In this document: positions 1 to 13,048 of the stretch, piece after piece
Layout of the letters: every line of letters starts with the position of its first letter
How positions within the stretch are numbered: the first letter of the stretch is position 1
Position numbers and translations under genes: made by a program
Assembly: GCA_001949185.1 (NCBI GenBank)
Contig: BDGG01000007.1
Coordinates: forward strand, 1,446,730-1,510,729
Origin: Ramazzottius varieornatus
Lineage: Eukaryota > Animalia > Tardigrada
Length of the DNA: 64,000 bases
Direction: 5' to 3'
The notes under the pieces: model-generated
What the model was told of the DNA's origin: nothing
Databases searched by the model: none
The model's input: the letters and a program-made list of their open reading frames with translations, nothing else

Positions 1-890
1 AACACGCGCATTGAGTTCTTTTGGGCAGTCGAAGTGGACGAGCATGGCGGAACTTTCGGACAGGCGTTACGCGCGCTGCAAAACAGTTCTGCCAAGCCGG
101 ATATAATTATTGTCGGAGCCGGAATATGGATGATGAAACAGTGTACCACTCAAAATGTCACGCAGGTGGAATGTGTCAAGAGATTTAAAAGGTAAATGCC
201 GAACCGGTGTACTCAGTGCGCGTCGCCGAATGTTTCAGTCGGGAAAGGTGCAGCTGAAAGTCAACAAAAGATTTTAGCCGAATTGCTGTCTCATGAGGCG
301 CACCTTACGTGATGGCCGAGAGGGTGCGCCACGTGGGGAAAACAATATGGGTAAATTCATTGCCGACGTCCCAGATCGATAATACGGTGGTGATATTCGG
401 GGCTTGACTGAGAATCCTGTTCCAGGAATTTTGTGGAGCCCATGGAGATCCTCAACCGTTTTGCAAGTACCAGCGCTGTTATCTGGACTCCTCAGAATTT
501 GGTGGATGAACCCCGTCTGGTAAATTTAGAACCAGCCCATAGGTATTAAGACGTTCGAACAGTCTCAACATGCGCATAGAATAATTTGAGGTTGCGGTTT
601 GATTTCTGTTTTTTTTATTTGTTTTCAGGGAGCTTACAAACAAAAACATGATACTGTACAACAACGCGATGCGAAAGGAATTGATGGATGACCCGCTGAA
701 TAAAATTATATACTGGGATACATACCTTCAAACCGATTTGCAAATCGACGACACACCGGACGGCCTTCACGTTGGCCCCATGACAAGAAACGTTGACATA
801 CAAATTCTGTTAAATCTCTTGTGCAATCCGTACGCCGAAAAGCGTCTGCTGAAATTTGGTGCCGATACGTGCTGCTGCTGTAAAAACTGA
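1..890 (+). CDS. CASD1-like N-terminal SGNH/PC-esterase domain protein, 5'-partial, no C-terminal transmembrane acyltransferase domain
   Basis: Exons at about 1-191, 427-542 and 629-890 with GT-AG junctions translate to ...IEFFWAVEV...PDIIIVGAGIW...VIWTPQNLVDE...TNKNMILYNNA...DTPDGLHVG...QILLNLLCN...CCCCKN*. This is collinear with the luminal domain of CASD1 sialate O-acetyltransferase (WVLQDPV, ITNEKIDAYN, DGLH, ILMNVYCN...SCC). Confidence 0.75.
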
Positions 891-1064
891 ATGTTGAGGA
901 CGACATTTGCAGCCGATTGTATTTTTCCATTCGTTTCAGTCTTTTGTGTATTGTTGGTGCACATATCTGTGACCGAACTTTCATATGGCTGTTATGAAAC
1001 CGTTGAAACGCACAAATTTGTACAAAGGGAAAAAAAACAGGATATAAATAACAATCAGAAAATC

Positions 1065-2668
1065 TTATGAAAGCTTTGCAGTTCTTAACCTAGTCTTGAG
1101 TTCAGCACAAGTCATATTTAGCGAATCTGCCGCCATATAACCGGCGTAATCACAGCACCTTGTACTATTTAGCACGCTAGGAAGAGAGTAGGTCTCGTTA
1201 TACAGTCTACTTGAAAAAACATATTTGCTGAAATAATCATGATTTTGATATGTGTGGAGATGTATGGGTCCGTTTAGCGTGCAGTTTGCCGTCGAAGTAG
1301 TCGGATGGTCAAGGTCCAGCTTCAAAAAGGGGTGCTGCTTGCCGGACTGAAGTACTTCGTTGACAGCCAAGTGCCCACCGTATAGTAATACAACTCCATA
1401 ATGCCACTCCGGCCACAAAAGCGCCATACTCCACCAAGCCGAAGTTCGTTGTTTGGGGGCGAACTCGTTTTTGCTCAGATGGATCATCCAGTGCACTGTC
1501 CGTGCAGCAACCTTCGCTATCAGGTGAGGCGAACCGATCCATGTAGAACCGATATTCCATATGGTGGTGTTGAAATGGATGCCGCTGTAGTTGGCGACCA
1601 TTGCCAGTTTTTCCATGTTATAGGGGTCGCTATATGCCCCGTTCCCGGTCACAAAGGCGCAGTTGGGCGGAATCCAGTGTGAAAATGCTGGGGGGAAGAA
1701 AACGTCCAGATCGGAGCGAACGACGTAGTCGTAATTGGAATAAGTGGAAGCATGTTCTACCAAAGCGTAGATGGAGTCGATGAACGGGTATTCTTTCATT
1801 TGTTCGTGGAGATTTCGCTCGTACTCTGGAAAGACAGACGTAGGCTCCTGATCATACACATAGCAGAGAACAACATGTATAGAGACATGCACTCAAGTGC
1901 GTTGTCATCATTATGCATGTGATGGATACTAAAACAGAGAGAACCGTCGCCCAGTTCGGTTGAGAGCATAAACTAAGACGTCGGCGAATAAACCGAACGA
2001 GAACGTCATTTCCAGTGGCGCACGCTGTCGTGGTAGATGGCTGAGACAGTGCGCCACTTAGGAAGACGATGTGGGGGAATCCACTTGCCGACCTGCCGAT
2101 CCATTCTTTTGACATTCGAATATTCCAATTATTTTTCATATTGGTACCATTTTCCGTTGGAACGCGTACCTGTTGCATTCGCGCTCAGCACCCGGTCTTG
2201 AACTCGTTCATATTCCACAAGGAGGCATTTGAATGGCTCAGAAGCGTTTTGACGCGGTGTTGTGCTACAGCCAAGATCCAGAAGATCGGGAATGGTAACG
2301 TTTTCTATGTAGATGATCAAGTCTGTACGCCATAAGGCCGGCTCAGTTGTTGCAATTTCCAGCAGACTTCGCATGCACCATTTCAGCTGGTCGAAATAGA
2401 CAGCAGTCTGGGAAACAGAAAAGTACGCCACTACCGCCCGCAAAAGAGGACGAGTCCGAGCCGTTTCTAAGCTGTCGAACACACAAGTCGCCTCAGCGGG
2501 TCCGGGATCGTGGCTTGTGTCGGTTAGCATCATTCGGTTGGCTAGGTTGGAGCGCGTTGTCATGATGGTCATGACAGAAATTAGTGCTGCAATCGCGAAA
2601 AGACATCCTTGGACAATAGTCCAGAATCCTGTCCTTTTAACTGGCTTGAATTTCAAGATATTCCACAT
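1065..2668 (-). CDS. DUF7164-like type II membrane protein, putative glycosyltransferase (DxD motif)
   Basis: Exons 2668-2170 and 1825-1065 join in frame (419 aa). N-terminal hydrophobic anchor, then motifs WRTDLIIY, YPFIDSI, YDYVVRSDLDVF, NIGSTW and WPEWHYGVVLLYGGHLAVN, which I recall from DUF7164 proteins. Confidence 0.65.
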
Positions 2669-3201
2669 TGGGATAGAAGGACGTCAGCGCAGCTCATCCG
2701 TCCCGAGTTCTCAGCAGAAACACCGGGACCGAATCCAGCGTGTAAACTTGGTGTCCGTTGATTTGATCCGAACTTCGGTGAATTGCATGTCATGAAAACC
2801 ATAAAGACCTTGGCCACGTATTCGAGCGGTCGATCTCAACAATGCGAAAGCAGCACTTCCGAACATACATGTCACGTCCGTTGGTCCGGCTCACACTTCT
2901 GCCATTCTCGTTTCGAACGGTGGTTTTTCATAATCTATTACTGGATGGTGCAGTTACTTCTGTTCAGCAACCTCTCAATCGAAGATGAAGAGAAAACCTG
3001 ATCTGGTTTGTGAATTCTCCGTTATTTGGTCTTTTGTTTATGATCTGCGGTCTTTTGAAAAAACTCGGGCATTACTGCTCTCGCAATATTAAGGCTTGCT
3101 GTTTTTTGAATACTAGTCAGTCAGGTACTTCGACCTGTTGCTTTTGTTCATGAACGCCATTTTGGTCTAACCTTCTGCGATATGTTTTCATCAATACAGT
3201 A

Positions 3202-3363
3202 CGCGCGTCTGGCCTAGATGTGGGCATGGACAAAACTGTGGGGAGCGAAGCGAAGGCGGCAAGGACCAGCTAAAGTTGTCCAATCAAATGATTCGATCGG
3301 AACAATCTCGCTTTGGCTCTGTTGCCCACAGTTCTGCCCATGGCCACATTTAGGCCAGGCGCG
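3202..3363. mobile_element. MITE with imperfect ~28 bp terminal inverted repeats, TA-flanked
   Basis: cgcgcgtctggcctagatgtgggcatgg at the left end and ccatggccacatttaggccaggcgcg at the right end, each bounded by TA. Confidence 0.55.
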
Positions 3364-4932
3364 TATACCAAGGCTCCCTCACATGTCTGATTAAATCCGG
3401 CTTCCCGACGACGTTTCGTCGAAAACGAAGTCAGAATCTTTAGTCGGAGACCATACCGTTAACACACCATTCTGTCTTGTTCGTCGTTCGTGAAATCGTT
3501 TGCGATGCAGTAAGTCACAGTTACTGTGGTCTTCATCCAAGCCATGGCCAACTTTTGGCTAAAAGATCTACGTAACAAGCAAAAGAATGAGAACAGCGGA
3601 CTCCTTCACAGGTCGCAAAGAAGGTAAGGTATGGTTAACTACAGCCCCTTGGGCACTATTCTTCTTACAACTAACGATCCGAAACAAAAGCCAGAACAGC
3701 ACGCTTCGACAGCGTGGAAGTGTTTCGATCTGCTCCGAGGTTTCGAAGATTTTCGAAGATTCTTTTTGTTTACCCTTGAACGAGAGTAAAACTGAATTGT
3801 CTGAACTAAAACTGTAATTACTGTATACCGTGAGACTGAATGATTTTACTCTGGAGTAAAACTGTAACTGAATTTGGGGGTAAAACTGAATACAACACTG
3901 CGAAGCAGAGCCCCCTGTTGATACCAACCGATGGGGTGAAACTCTATCTTGCAAGAAAAGAAGTACAGTAGTTGTTCTACACTTGACAGAACGCCGTGCT
4001 ATTCCAGAAGCAGTTAGAACGTTTCAAAGTAGATGGTACTTGGGTCAAAGAGAGACTGTGATACAGACGGTGCTGAACCGCACCGCATTTTCCTTTTCAA
4101 TGGAAGCTTTTGATCATTTGTAAAAGTAATACGCGAAATGACTTCAATGGTTTTCCACCATCTGGACGATGAGGACATTGTTCCTGGTGGTCGTACTGTA
4201 GTCTCGCGATGACGAAAGACAGTTATTACAAACCCGCGCAGGACACAAACGTGCGCGGGATTCACTTGCCAAGGAAGAAGTTACACTGCGCGCCGTTTCA
4301 AGTTGGTAAGTTGATATTTCTAAAGTCTGACTTTATAACTCCAACATCCACTTCCTCGCATTCGATACCCGCCACCACCAAATTTTGAGCAAGTTTTTCT
4401 TGTCATTCTCGGACGCTTGTCTGGACACCGAAAGTTAAAGGATACAAGGTGAGCGGACTTGCTCAGTTGTCAATATAGAATCGCATGGTGGAGATGTCAA
4501 CAAGAGAATATTCAGAACATAGAGTAGGCGCTGGGCCTGTTCTCGCACTTTCTGTTGTCGACTACTTTGTCATGCTATTTGACACTGAACACTCCGCCAT
4601 TCTTACCTCGTACTTGCCAATGCGACTGTTTTGGTCTCGACAGATAGGACGAGGTGGTCATTCAACGGCGGAACGAGGATCTGGTCCCATCAGTCGGGGA
4701 TATTTTATAAATATATTCCCCGTGGAACTGGCGCGGAGAAAGAGGTGTGTGATGAGATCAACAATCTGAGGACCACCGAAGCTCCTGGAGTATTTAGCCA
4801 ATCACGATCTTCCAGTTATCACCATTTTGGGGCGACAGCGTATCTCGATGAGCAAGTGCAGTTTCGTCCGGGTCAGCTGTGCAATTCGTGGGAAACCCTA
4901 AGTCTGATGAGCCTGACAGCGAATAGTCTGTA

Positions 4933-5047
4933 GCCTAACCTTTGGGCCGGGACACAACTGTGGGCCGGCTCAAGTTGAAGTCAACCGAGTCACTGATCGC
5001 CGAAATAAACGGGTGGGCTGTGGTTGTGTCCCGGCCCACAGTTAGGC
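4933..5047. repeat. Small inverted-repeat element (putative MITE)
   Basis: cctaacctttgggccgggacacaac is the near reverse complement of gttgtgtcccggcccacagttagg. Confidence 0.45.
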
Positions 5048-5408
5048 CAAGTGCGTGTACGGAACAAGAACCGGAACGGATCTTTTTCTGGTTGCATATC
5101 CAGAGTAATGTGCGGTGAAGGGTAAGCGAAAACGGTAAGGTCAAGGTCAGATGACTGGCAAGATTCTGGAGACTCATAACCAAGTACTCGTACCTGTTAA
5201 AATGAATAAAACAAAAAGTTCTGTATAAGAAGTACAACTCGCCACAGCACGAGCACAAATAAAATTTAAAAAAGTGTTCAGAGCTGCTCACTGGTCGCAA
5301 AAGATAGTCAGACTGAAACTTTCGAAACTAAAAACTAACACTTTAAAAAGATCGATACAGCAGGCAGATACAGAAATGGAAAAGACAATCAGAAGGCTAT
5401 TGAAACAA

Positions 5409-8400
5409 TCAGCTTTTCATTTGAGCCGAATGCAAAATCAAGACGTCTTTCAGGCTCATGGCAATGCTATAGGCATTGTCCATGACCACCTGCGTTGCCT
5501 GAGCTCGCTGTACCCCATCATCCACATAAGAAGCTCGGCTCCTTCTCTCGGGTGATGCTGGAAGACAGGAAAGGTAGGCTTGGCCATCCTTCATCAGCTT
5601 GTTGGCGCTGTGTTTCACTTCGGCCAAGGCGGAAGACAACTGCTCGGGAAACGACGCCTGCAGAAAAGTAAACTCATAGGTATCAGTCAACGATTCCCCA
5701 GTGAAAATCGCGAATTAAGATGTCGTCAGACGAATGCACCCAGATCGTCTCCGCAAGTGGCGCAAACTCTCAGCCGAAAACAATGGAAACGTGCGCTACT
5801 TAAACAATCTTGTCCAATGTGTTCTTCAAGTGACGCACGCCTGCGGTGTTGTTGGCTGGAAGCGTGCGCCACTAACAATAACGATCTGCGTGAAACGACG
5901 TCTCAATGCGTGAAGTGGCGTCCCAAATAAATACCTGTGAAGGTCTGAAGAGCTCGATGAGTTCCGTGACGTTCAAATGTATCTTCGTGATACAGTTTTT
6001 GAATGCAGGACCATCGTGCGCTTCGACCGCGCGTTTCAGCTCGTGGATGGTTTGTGTGATCGGACCTGTCCTAATGTTGACGGTTTCTAGAGAAGGCAAG
6101 CTGACACCTTCGGAATGTCGACCGTTGGTCAGACCACTTTTCAATCTGAGAAAAACCAAACGCCTAATTTTCCTGTTCGCACAGGCAAAAGGAAAATTCC
6201 ACTTACCCGTCGGAGCTGGCTGAACGTTCAGGTCCATCATGATACTCCTGGATACCCGAGTCGTTCCTCAGCGAGCTGATAAATGTGGTCTCCACATGCT
6301 GCGGTCCGTTGTGCGTCACGGTTCGAACCGGGTGTGGTCCTTCACGTTCGCTGCTCAGTAAACTTCCGACCTGTCCAAACAATAAACCGTCAAGACTATC
6401 TTTCACATATACAGTATCGAAAAATCAAAATATTTGGGTTCGAATATTTTATTTTCAATTTAATTTTGTTTTGATAGATTCGATCGAATGTTTTAGTCCG
6501 GATCCGTAGTGAATTTGTCGTACTTGTGTCAAAAGTCGGTTGAGGTCTTCCTTCATAGCGAACACGGTGTTCGTCAGCCTGTCCTCCCTTTCCATCGTGT
6601 CTCTCAGGGCCTTCTTCATCTCCAGGTACTGAGCCATGGTCACCACCGAATCACACACCGGACACGGTTCGCTGTTCCTCTTCCCATCCTCACACGTACA
6701 CTGTATAGACGCCGCATTTTCCACCAGTTTCATTCTATTCAACGCTCCATCCACATTCCTCGAGCCAACTGGAGGTTTCGTCGACGGAGTGGCCAAGTTG
6801 TCAGGAAGACCAAAGAGACCTTCATCTTCCGCGTTGACGTAATCTTCGTCGACTGCCACCTGATCATACAAAGGCTCAACTTCCTCATTCACCTCCACAC
6901 TATCTGTTTTGATTTCCTCGTCTCTAAGTTTTACTGTGTTTTGTGCTGGTGTTTTGTGGCTTGTTGGTTTGTCGAGTGTGTTGTTCTGGGTGGAAGTTAA
7001 CTCGCTTATGGAGAACTCGGAGGAGTTCTCAGAGCCAGACTTGAACTCGAGTGTCGGACTGGGTTTCTCGACGCCCGTTTGTCGCCGACGGACTTCGGCA
7101 AGGACGTCGACGATCAAGGCAGCGAACTCGCTCGGGTGCAGACGGGCCAGCTTTTGTCGAGCTTGGTTATGGACGGCGGAGAGACGAGGGTTGACAGGTA
7201 GGAAAGCGGTCATGTGGCGGTCGGTCGTTGGGTTCTGCCCGTGCAAACTCTGCCATACTGGAAAAAAGAATGTAGATATGCTTCGAAAGGTACAGCTCAC
7301 TAAACGCATTGGAAAACACCAAAAAAATATTCGCAAGCTAGGTAAGCAACCTTGACAAGTTGGCTTTCCCCTGGGACGCAGGCGGAAACGTGCGCCACTT
7401 GGACAATCGAACTTGTCCGAGTCCCATTCATAATAATATTCAAAAATTTAGTCTGCAAAAATCTCGTTAGTAAACCTTACTGTTTTCCGTTTCTTGTCGG
7501 TCCACTTCATCGTAAACGTCCATGGCTAAATGTTCAAACAAGGTTTTGTCCAACGTTCGGAGGTTCTTGCGCGCTGCTTTTGCCAGTTGAGTGAACGGGA
7601 CAGACCTAAAACACATCGCATCAGCCAATGCGGTTTTGGTCCTAGAGGTAGCCAGGACCTAGAATAATTACTTACCGGTCCCTGGTCAGCTCGGGCATGA
7701 TGAAATGTTGGCCGGATGAATGATCAGGTTTCCTGTTACAGATGAACGCCGCCAGACGGTCCGTCAATTCGTACTGACATTCGACAAGTCGATCAGCCAT
7801 TTCCGGAATTCCAGCGGCCTTGGCATGTTCCTCCGCTGTCATCCCCGAAATATCTGGCGCACCTTTAAACCATTAAAAATATTCACTGATCAGTTTTCAC
7901 ACACCGGAACACCGGAAGTGCCGTATGAACTGCGACTTGGGCAGACAAGCCAGACAAGACTGTTGCTGCAAGCGGCGCATGTTTTCGGTGTTATTGGCTA
8001 ACAGCGTGCGTCACATGGAAAAACCATACTGCGGCGCACGTTCTCAGCCACTAACACCGCACACGTGCGTCACTTGGGAAAACTATCTGATCGAGTTTAT
8101 TCGGCCATCCGAATTCGTTACCTGGATCGGCTCCATAAACTACCAAAAGCTCCACTTGGGACCATTGTCCCGCTCGTGCAGCTACATGCAAGGGACGGTT
8201 GCCTTTTTCGGGATGCCAGTAGTTTGGGTCGGCGCCGAGACAGAGAAGGCGGAGAGTAATCTCAATGTTGGACGTGCGGACGGAAGAATGAAGTTGCTGC
8301 GGGAAAAAAATACCCTTTGACCATTCTGACATTTACGTGGATAGAAGAGTAAAAAAGTAGACTATATACCTGACTCAAGTCGTCGGAGGAGCAGGGTGAC

Positions 8401-9186
8401 TCGTCTTTTCCAGGACGGTGGATGAAGGACTGCAGTTGGTATTTCTTGCGGATAAACTCTTCCTTGTTAGGCCGTACCGGGTCTTTCGGTAAAGGCTTCT
8501 TTTTGACCGTCTTCTCGGCGGAGGCTGCTGGCGAGGAATTTGCAGGATGGAACAAGGCATGCTCCCAAAGAAGGTTGGCTCCTTTCTGGTACAACGCTGT
8601 CACCATCTGCAACGGAAAGAGGAAGATTCACGCTAACAACCAGGTCCGAATGTACCATGATGTTAGGTTGTGCAGTGTTCAGAGTATCCACGTGAATACT
8701 GGCCACGCTGTGCACAGACCGTCCCGAACGACGTGCCAAGAAACCCTTCATGCAACTGTATCCAATCGACAATCGACGAGAAGGGCCAACTGCGAAAGAG
8801 CCTACCAATAATTGTGAGGGAGCCCATGGTGATCGCTTCAACGCCTTCACCAGAGAGATATGTCGTCCTAAAATCCGATGAATACTACAGCATTCATCAC
8901 AGATCAGTACTCCGCGATTGAGAGAAGCCCAAGTGGGATCTGCAGACAAAAGGAAGAGGAAAGTTTGACATCCGTCGAAACAGTAAAAACTAAATTCAAC
9001 CCCTATCCCAATTCAGTGGCGCAATCACGTGGTACATCCACCAGTATCCACAGCTCAACAGAGCACGTGATATCCACATCTTGATAAACAGACGGCTGAA
9101 TTTTCACTCCATTTACCTGAAGCAGAACAATCGGCACAAATCTGGTTTCCTCGGGACTTATTCTGCTTGCTTCCGCTTGCAGACAT
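5409..9186 (-). CDS. GIT: ARF GTPase-activating protein GIT (ArfGAP zinc finger, ankyrin repeats, Spa2-homology domain, paxillin-binding C-terminus)
   Basis: Multi-exon. MSASGSK...[79 protein letters not shown]; C-terminal LPSLETVNIRTGPITQTIHEL and VMDNAYSIAMSLKDVL. Confidence 0.93.
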
Positions 9187-9695
9187 CTTTTTAGACGCTG
9201 CGCAGAGTAAAGGCGGCGATCACAGAAGCAAAATCCAAGGTTCAGCTCGACAAAAATATCAATTTTGCAGATGCTGGTTTAAATTCGCATCCATGAAACT
9301 CCATGCACTCTCCTCCCGCTTCATTTCCTATCCGTCAAGCAGATGTTTCTCGTCTCAGCTCCGGCTGCTCAAATAGATCACTCCTCCTCGCACAAAAAAG
9401 TGTCGTCGAACAGCAGGATTATCTTTTCTGTCTCTGAAATCTATCCGAGATGATGAACGATGTGCGCCACATATACTCTGAATCGTAAACATGAACTTCG
9501 GGGGTAGACTCGACTGTGACGTCATCCAGCTGGTCAAGAGTTCACTCGACCTTGCGGAACACGGTGAACGAAAGGAACAAAGTGGATGACATCACTCACT
9601 GTACGTGCATTACATCACAGAATGACCAATATTCTTTGGGAAATTTACTTGTTGCTTCTGCCGTTCTCCTAAAGCAGCGATGGACGGATGATTTA

Positions 9696-9850
9696 CTGTA
9701 TTCCCTCGAAAGTTCTGTGAATCACGTGACTGTCGTGGTAAATATCATCCGGCGGGGAACAGAAAGTATCTATACCTTCAATCAAAGACTGCTCCCCAGT
9801 CGAGTGTAATGATGGGCGACAATCAAACAATCAGGGATAACAGTGCGCGT
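9696..9850. mobile_element. Truncated copy of the CTGTATTCCCTCG MITE family
   Basis: TA|ctgtattccctcgaaagttctgtgaatcacgtgac...gggcgacaatcaaacaatcag is homologous to 24358-24500. Lies in the GIT/SUGCT divergent intergenic region. Confidence 0.65.
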
Positions 9851-10279
9851 GTGAAACCACAGAACGGCTTCGCAACATCAAGTGCAGCCCATCTCTGTAA
9901 CAACAATCAGTCAATCAACATTTTCCATATGAAAAATGCCGTTCCAAATGTAGACGGAACACTGGGTCTCCTGTCGAGTAAAGGTAGGATTTGCGCACTG
10001 ATGACGAAGTTTCCCTGTTATACCTGTTCTTGGCGGGTCGTAACTGACAGTCCCGTGCTTTTGGATATCAGGCTGAGTAAATCACCCGTCCACCGCTGTC
10101 TCAAAGAATTCCTGTTCCGATGTCTACTCCGACACTACTCGCTCCTCGAACGTCAACGGACACTTTTGTTGAACGTTCGTGGATTTTCGACGTATGATGG
10201 AATTAATGGATTGATAGAGATTGTTACGGAGTACTGTTCTTGCAATATTGATGAAACCTGGACAGTCTAACATCTGAAG

Positions 10280-12559
10280 ATGCGTTCTTGGCGATGTTTC
10301 CAGCGTTGTCAGCTGATCGAGGTCTGCAGAAATTGTCTTGAGGTGTTCTGTTCTGTCCACAGCGAAGTTCCCATGCGTTTTCAGAGCCGCTCTGCATGGA
10401 CCAGGCATGCAGGTCCGAAAAAGTACTCAACTGGGCGTTTACTGGAAGGAGTACGAGTTCTCGACATGACGCGGTAAGTTGTAAAAGATCATGAAATATC
10501 GTAGAAAATTGCTGGATTACAGTACAGTACACCAGTGCCGAATGTAGCAAGCTTCATTGCCGAAAGGCGACTATTTTTCAAGAGCAAGCTCAATCAAATA
10601 GCGTTTATCTTTGCAGAGTACTCGCAGGACCACTGTGCACGATGATCCTTGGCGACATGGGAGCGGAAGTCGTTAAGATAGAAAAGCCAGGTATAAAGCC
10701 TTCCGTTCCCACCCGACTGCTGTGGACTTCAGATTTTTGTCAGCAATTTATTTTGCAGGCATGGGAGACGAGACACGCAACTGGGGTCCACCATTTATCG
10801 GTACGGAAAGCTGTTATTTCCTTTCCGTCAACAGAAACAAAAAGGTAAGAAGCACGAAAAGATATTGAAGTTTGTATACCTCTGCTCTTGCAATAACTTT
10901 GATTTCCGTTCGCAGAGTGTAGTAGTGGATATCGGATCCCCGAAAGGTGCGCAAATAATTCAAGAGGTCCGCCACTGTCTGTACGTCACTGTATGTGGAA
11001 CATTCCATTGCGTCCCTCCTCTCCAACCATATTTCGTCCCTAGATGGCAAAGTCTTGTGATGTGCTTGTCGAGAACTTCCTGCCAGGGAAGCTGAAGTCG
11101 TACGGACTGGGCTACGAAGAGCTCAGCCGGCTGAACCCGGGAATCGTTTACTGTTCGATATCAGGTGCCTTACAGTCACTCTCAAAGACGGTATTAACAG
11201 TAGCAGAAAGATGAAAATACTGCTGCGGTTTATTCAACGCAAACAGCTCTTTGAAGGTTACGGAGCCAGCGGACCATACAGCGGTCGCGGAGGGTACGAC
11301 GTCATCGTTTCGGCACTGGGCGGGATGATGCACATTACCGGACCTGAGGTAGCCTGTCCTGTGACTGAGCAGAACTTTCGAGGGATTACAGTACTGTAAA
11401 TATTCGCTGCGTCCGCGCAGAACGTACACGTACTGTATGCTCTCCCGAAATTCATGTACGTCACTGACTCTCAAATCACTGGGGTCTTACCGTCTAGTTT
11501 TACACTCCGAATGGAGTGACGTACGTGAATTTCGGGAGAGTATACAGTACGTGACGATACACCCCCGTAGGGGGTGGCGCAATCCGTGAAACCGGACTGG
11601 GGCTGTACTTCGCTTGTACGATGACGTACTGCGCGGACGCAGCGAATATTTACAGTATTTGATTTTTATACAGTTCCACGTACCCGCTCAGGTCTTCCAG
11701 CGATCCTTTGAGAATTTTTGCTATGGTAGTTTCACTGTTATCGCTTGGCGTTGTCCATAGAAGGGAGAGCCATGCAAGGTCGGGACCGCCATGACCGACA
11801 TATCCACTGGACTTTACGCACATGGAGCCATCCTAGCGGCCTTACTGCGAAGACACAAAACAGGGAAAGGAACCAAAATCGACTGCAATCTACTTTCCAC
11901 CCAGGTATTCTTACATGGTTTTCCTTTTCAATTTCTTTTGGTTCATAAGTACCGACGTCAACCGTTCACAATTCAAGGTAGCGAACCTGGTCAACTTGGG
12001 TACCAACTTCCTCAACACGGGTATTGAGCCACGCCGGTGGGGTACCGCCCACGAGAGCATCGTTCCTTATCAAGCCTTCCCCACTTCTGACGAACAACAC
12101 ATCGTCGTCGGTGCTGGTAGCGACTCACAGTTCACCGCACTGTGTTCCCTCATGAAGACCAGTTTCCACACGAACGAACGTTTCAGTTCGAACAAAGCTC
12201 GGGTAAGAAACCGGAAGGAACTGGTCGAGCTTTTGATGGCTGAGTTCAAGAAGAAACCGCTGGCGGAATGGCTGGAGGTCTTCACCCAGGCCAAGTTCGC
12301 CTACGGTCCCATCAACACCTTTGCGCAGGTCTTCGCGGACCCGCAAGTACAGCACAACCAAATGGTCTTCGAGATTCAGCATGAGAAAGCGGGAAGTATC
12401 AGACTGATCAGTAATCCTGTGATCGTGTCGGACGCGGATATGACGGCGCAGTTAGCGCCACCGTTGCTGGGTGAACACACCGAAGAAGTACTCGAACAAA
12501 TTCTGAAACTGGATGCTCAAGCTATTGACAAACTACGAAATGACAAAGTTATACAGTGA
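10280..12559 (+). CDS. SUGCT: Succinyl-CoA:glutarate CoA-transferase-like (CaiB/BaiF family III CoA-transferase)
   Basis: Multi-exon. [108 protein letters not shown]. The start codon is uncertain. Confidence 0.92.
11394..11655. mobile_element. Palindromic MITE (TA-flanked) in a SUGCT intron, with a nested internal inverted repeat
   Basis: 27-bp TIR ctgtaaatattcgctgcgtccgcgcag / ctgcgcggacgcagcgaatatttacag flanked by TA. Internal arms at about 11424-11465 and 11515-11555. It abuts a right-end fragment of the CTGTATTCCCTCG family (11360-11391). Confidence 0.8.
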
Positions 12560-12637
12560 CAGTTTTAGAGTAAAAGACTGCCGAAAATTCTTGCCATTTC
12601 TCGCTACATATTTTTTGTTGGATTGAATTGATCAATT

Positions 12638-13048
12638 TTATTTGCTTTGCATGGACCAAGCAATAGCGAGTAAGATTGCGGAAGTCCATGCTGGTATAAC
12701 ACAGGAGTGCAGATTCATACTACTGTTGCACAGTTCTTTGTCGCATACGCACACTATGAAACCCGCGTCATCTTTTTTACACCTGTCCGGAGTGAGTTGA
12801 GATACTTGCACTGTTGACACACAGTCGTGAGTATGGTGGACGTCACCTGCAACTGTTGACGCGTTCTTCAGGCATAACTTCGTAGGACAGTCCAGCTTCT
12901 GCAGTCGAACGCCGAAGTTTGGAGAAGTGGCTTGGCAGCCAGATTCAACGCACTTTCCTTTGTAACAGTTCAATGCAGAGACGTCTAGTAGTTGCGTTAG
13001 TAGCACAACTAATAGACTTCGTGACAGTACAAACAAGTCTTGATCCAT
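12638..13048 (-). CDS. Ly6/uPAR three-finger protein (quiver/sleepless-like), signal peptide and likely GPI anchor
   Basis: Intronless ORF with hydrophobic leader, ALNCYKG...C...C...CVCDKELCNSS and a hydrophobic tail. Confidence 0.8.
   Translation of the reverse strand: MDQDLFVLSRSLLVVLLTQLLDVSALNCYKGKCVESGCQATSPNFGVRLQKLDCPTKLCLKNASTVAGDVHHTHDCVSTVQVSQLTPDRCKKDDAGFIVCVCDKELCNSSMNLHSCVIPAWTSAILLAIAWSMQSK

Noticed and set aside
1-890. 'CAS1 domain' similarity read as CRISPR Cas1
   Set aside because: The similarity is to CASD1/Cas1p O-acetyltransferase, which is unrelated to CRISPR. There is no repeat-spacer array in the window.
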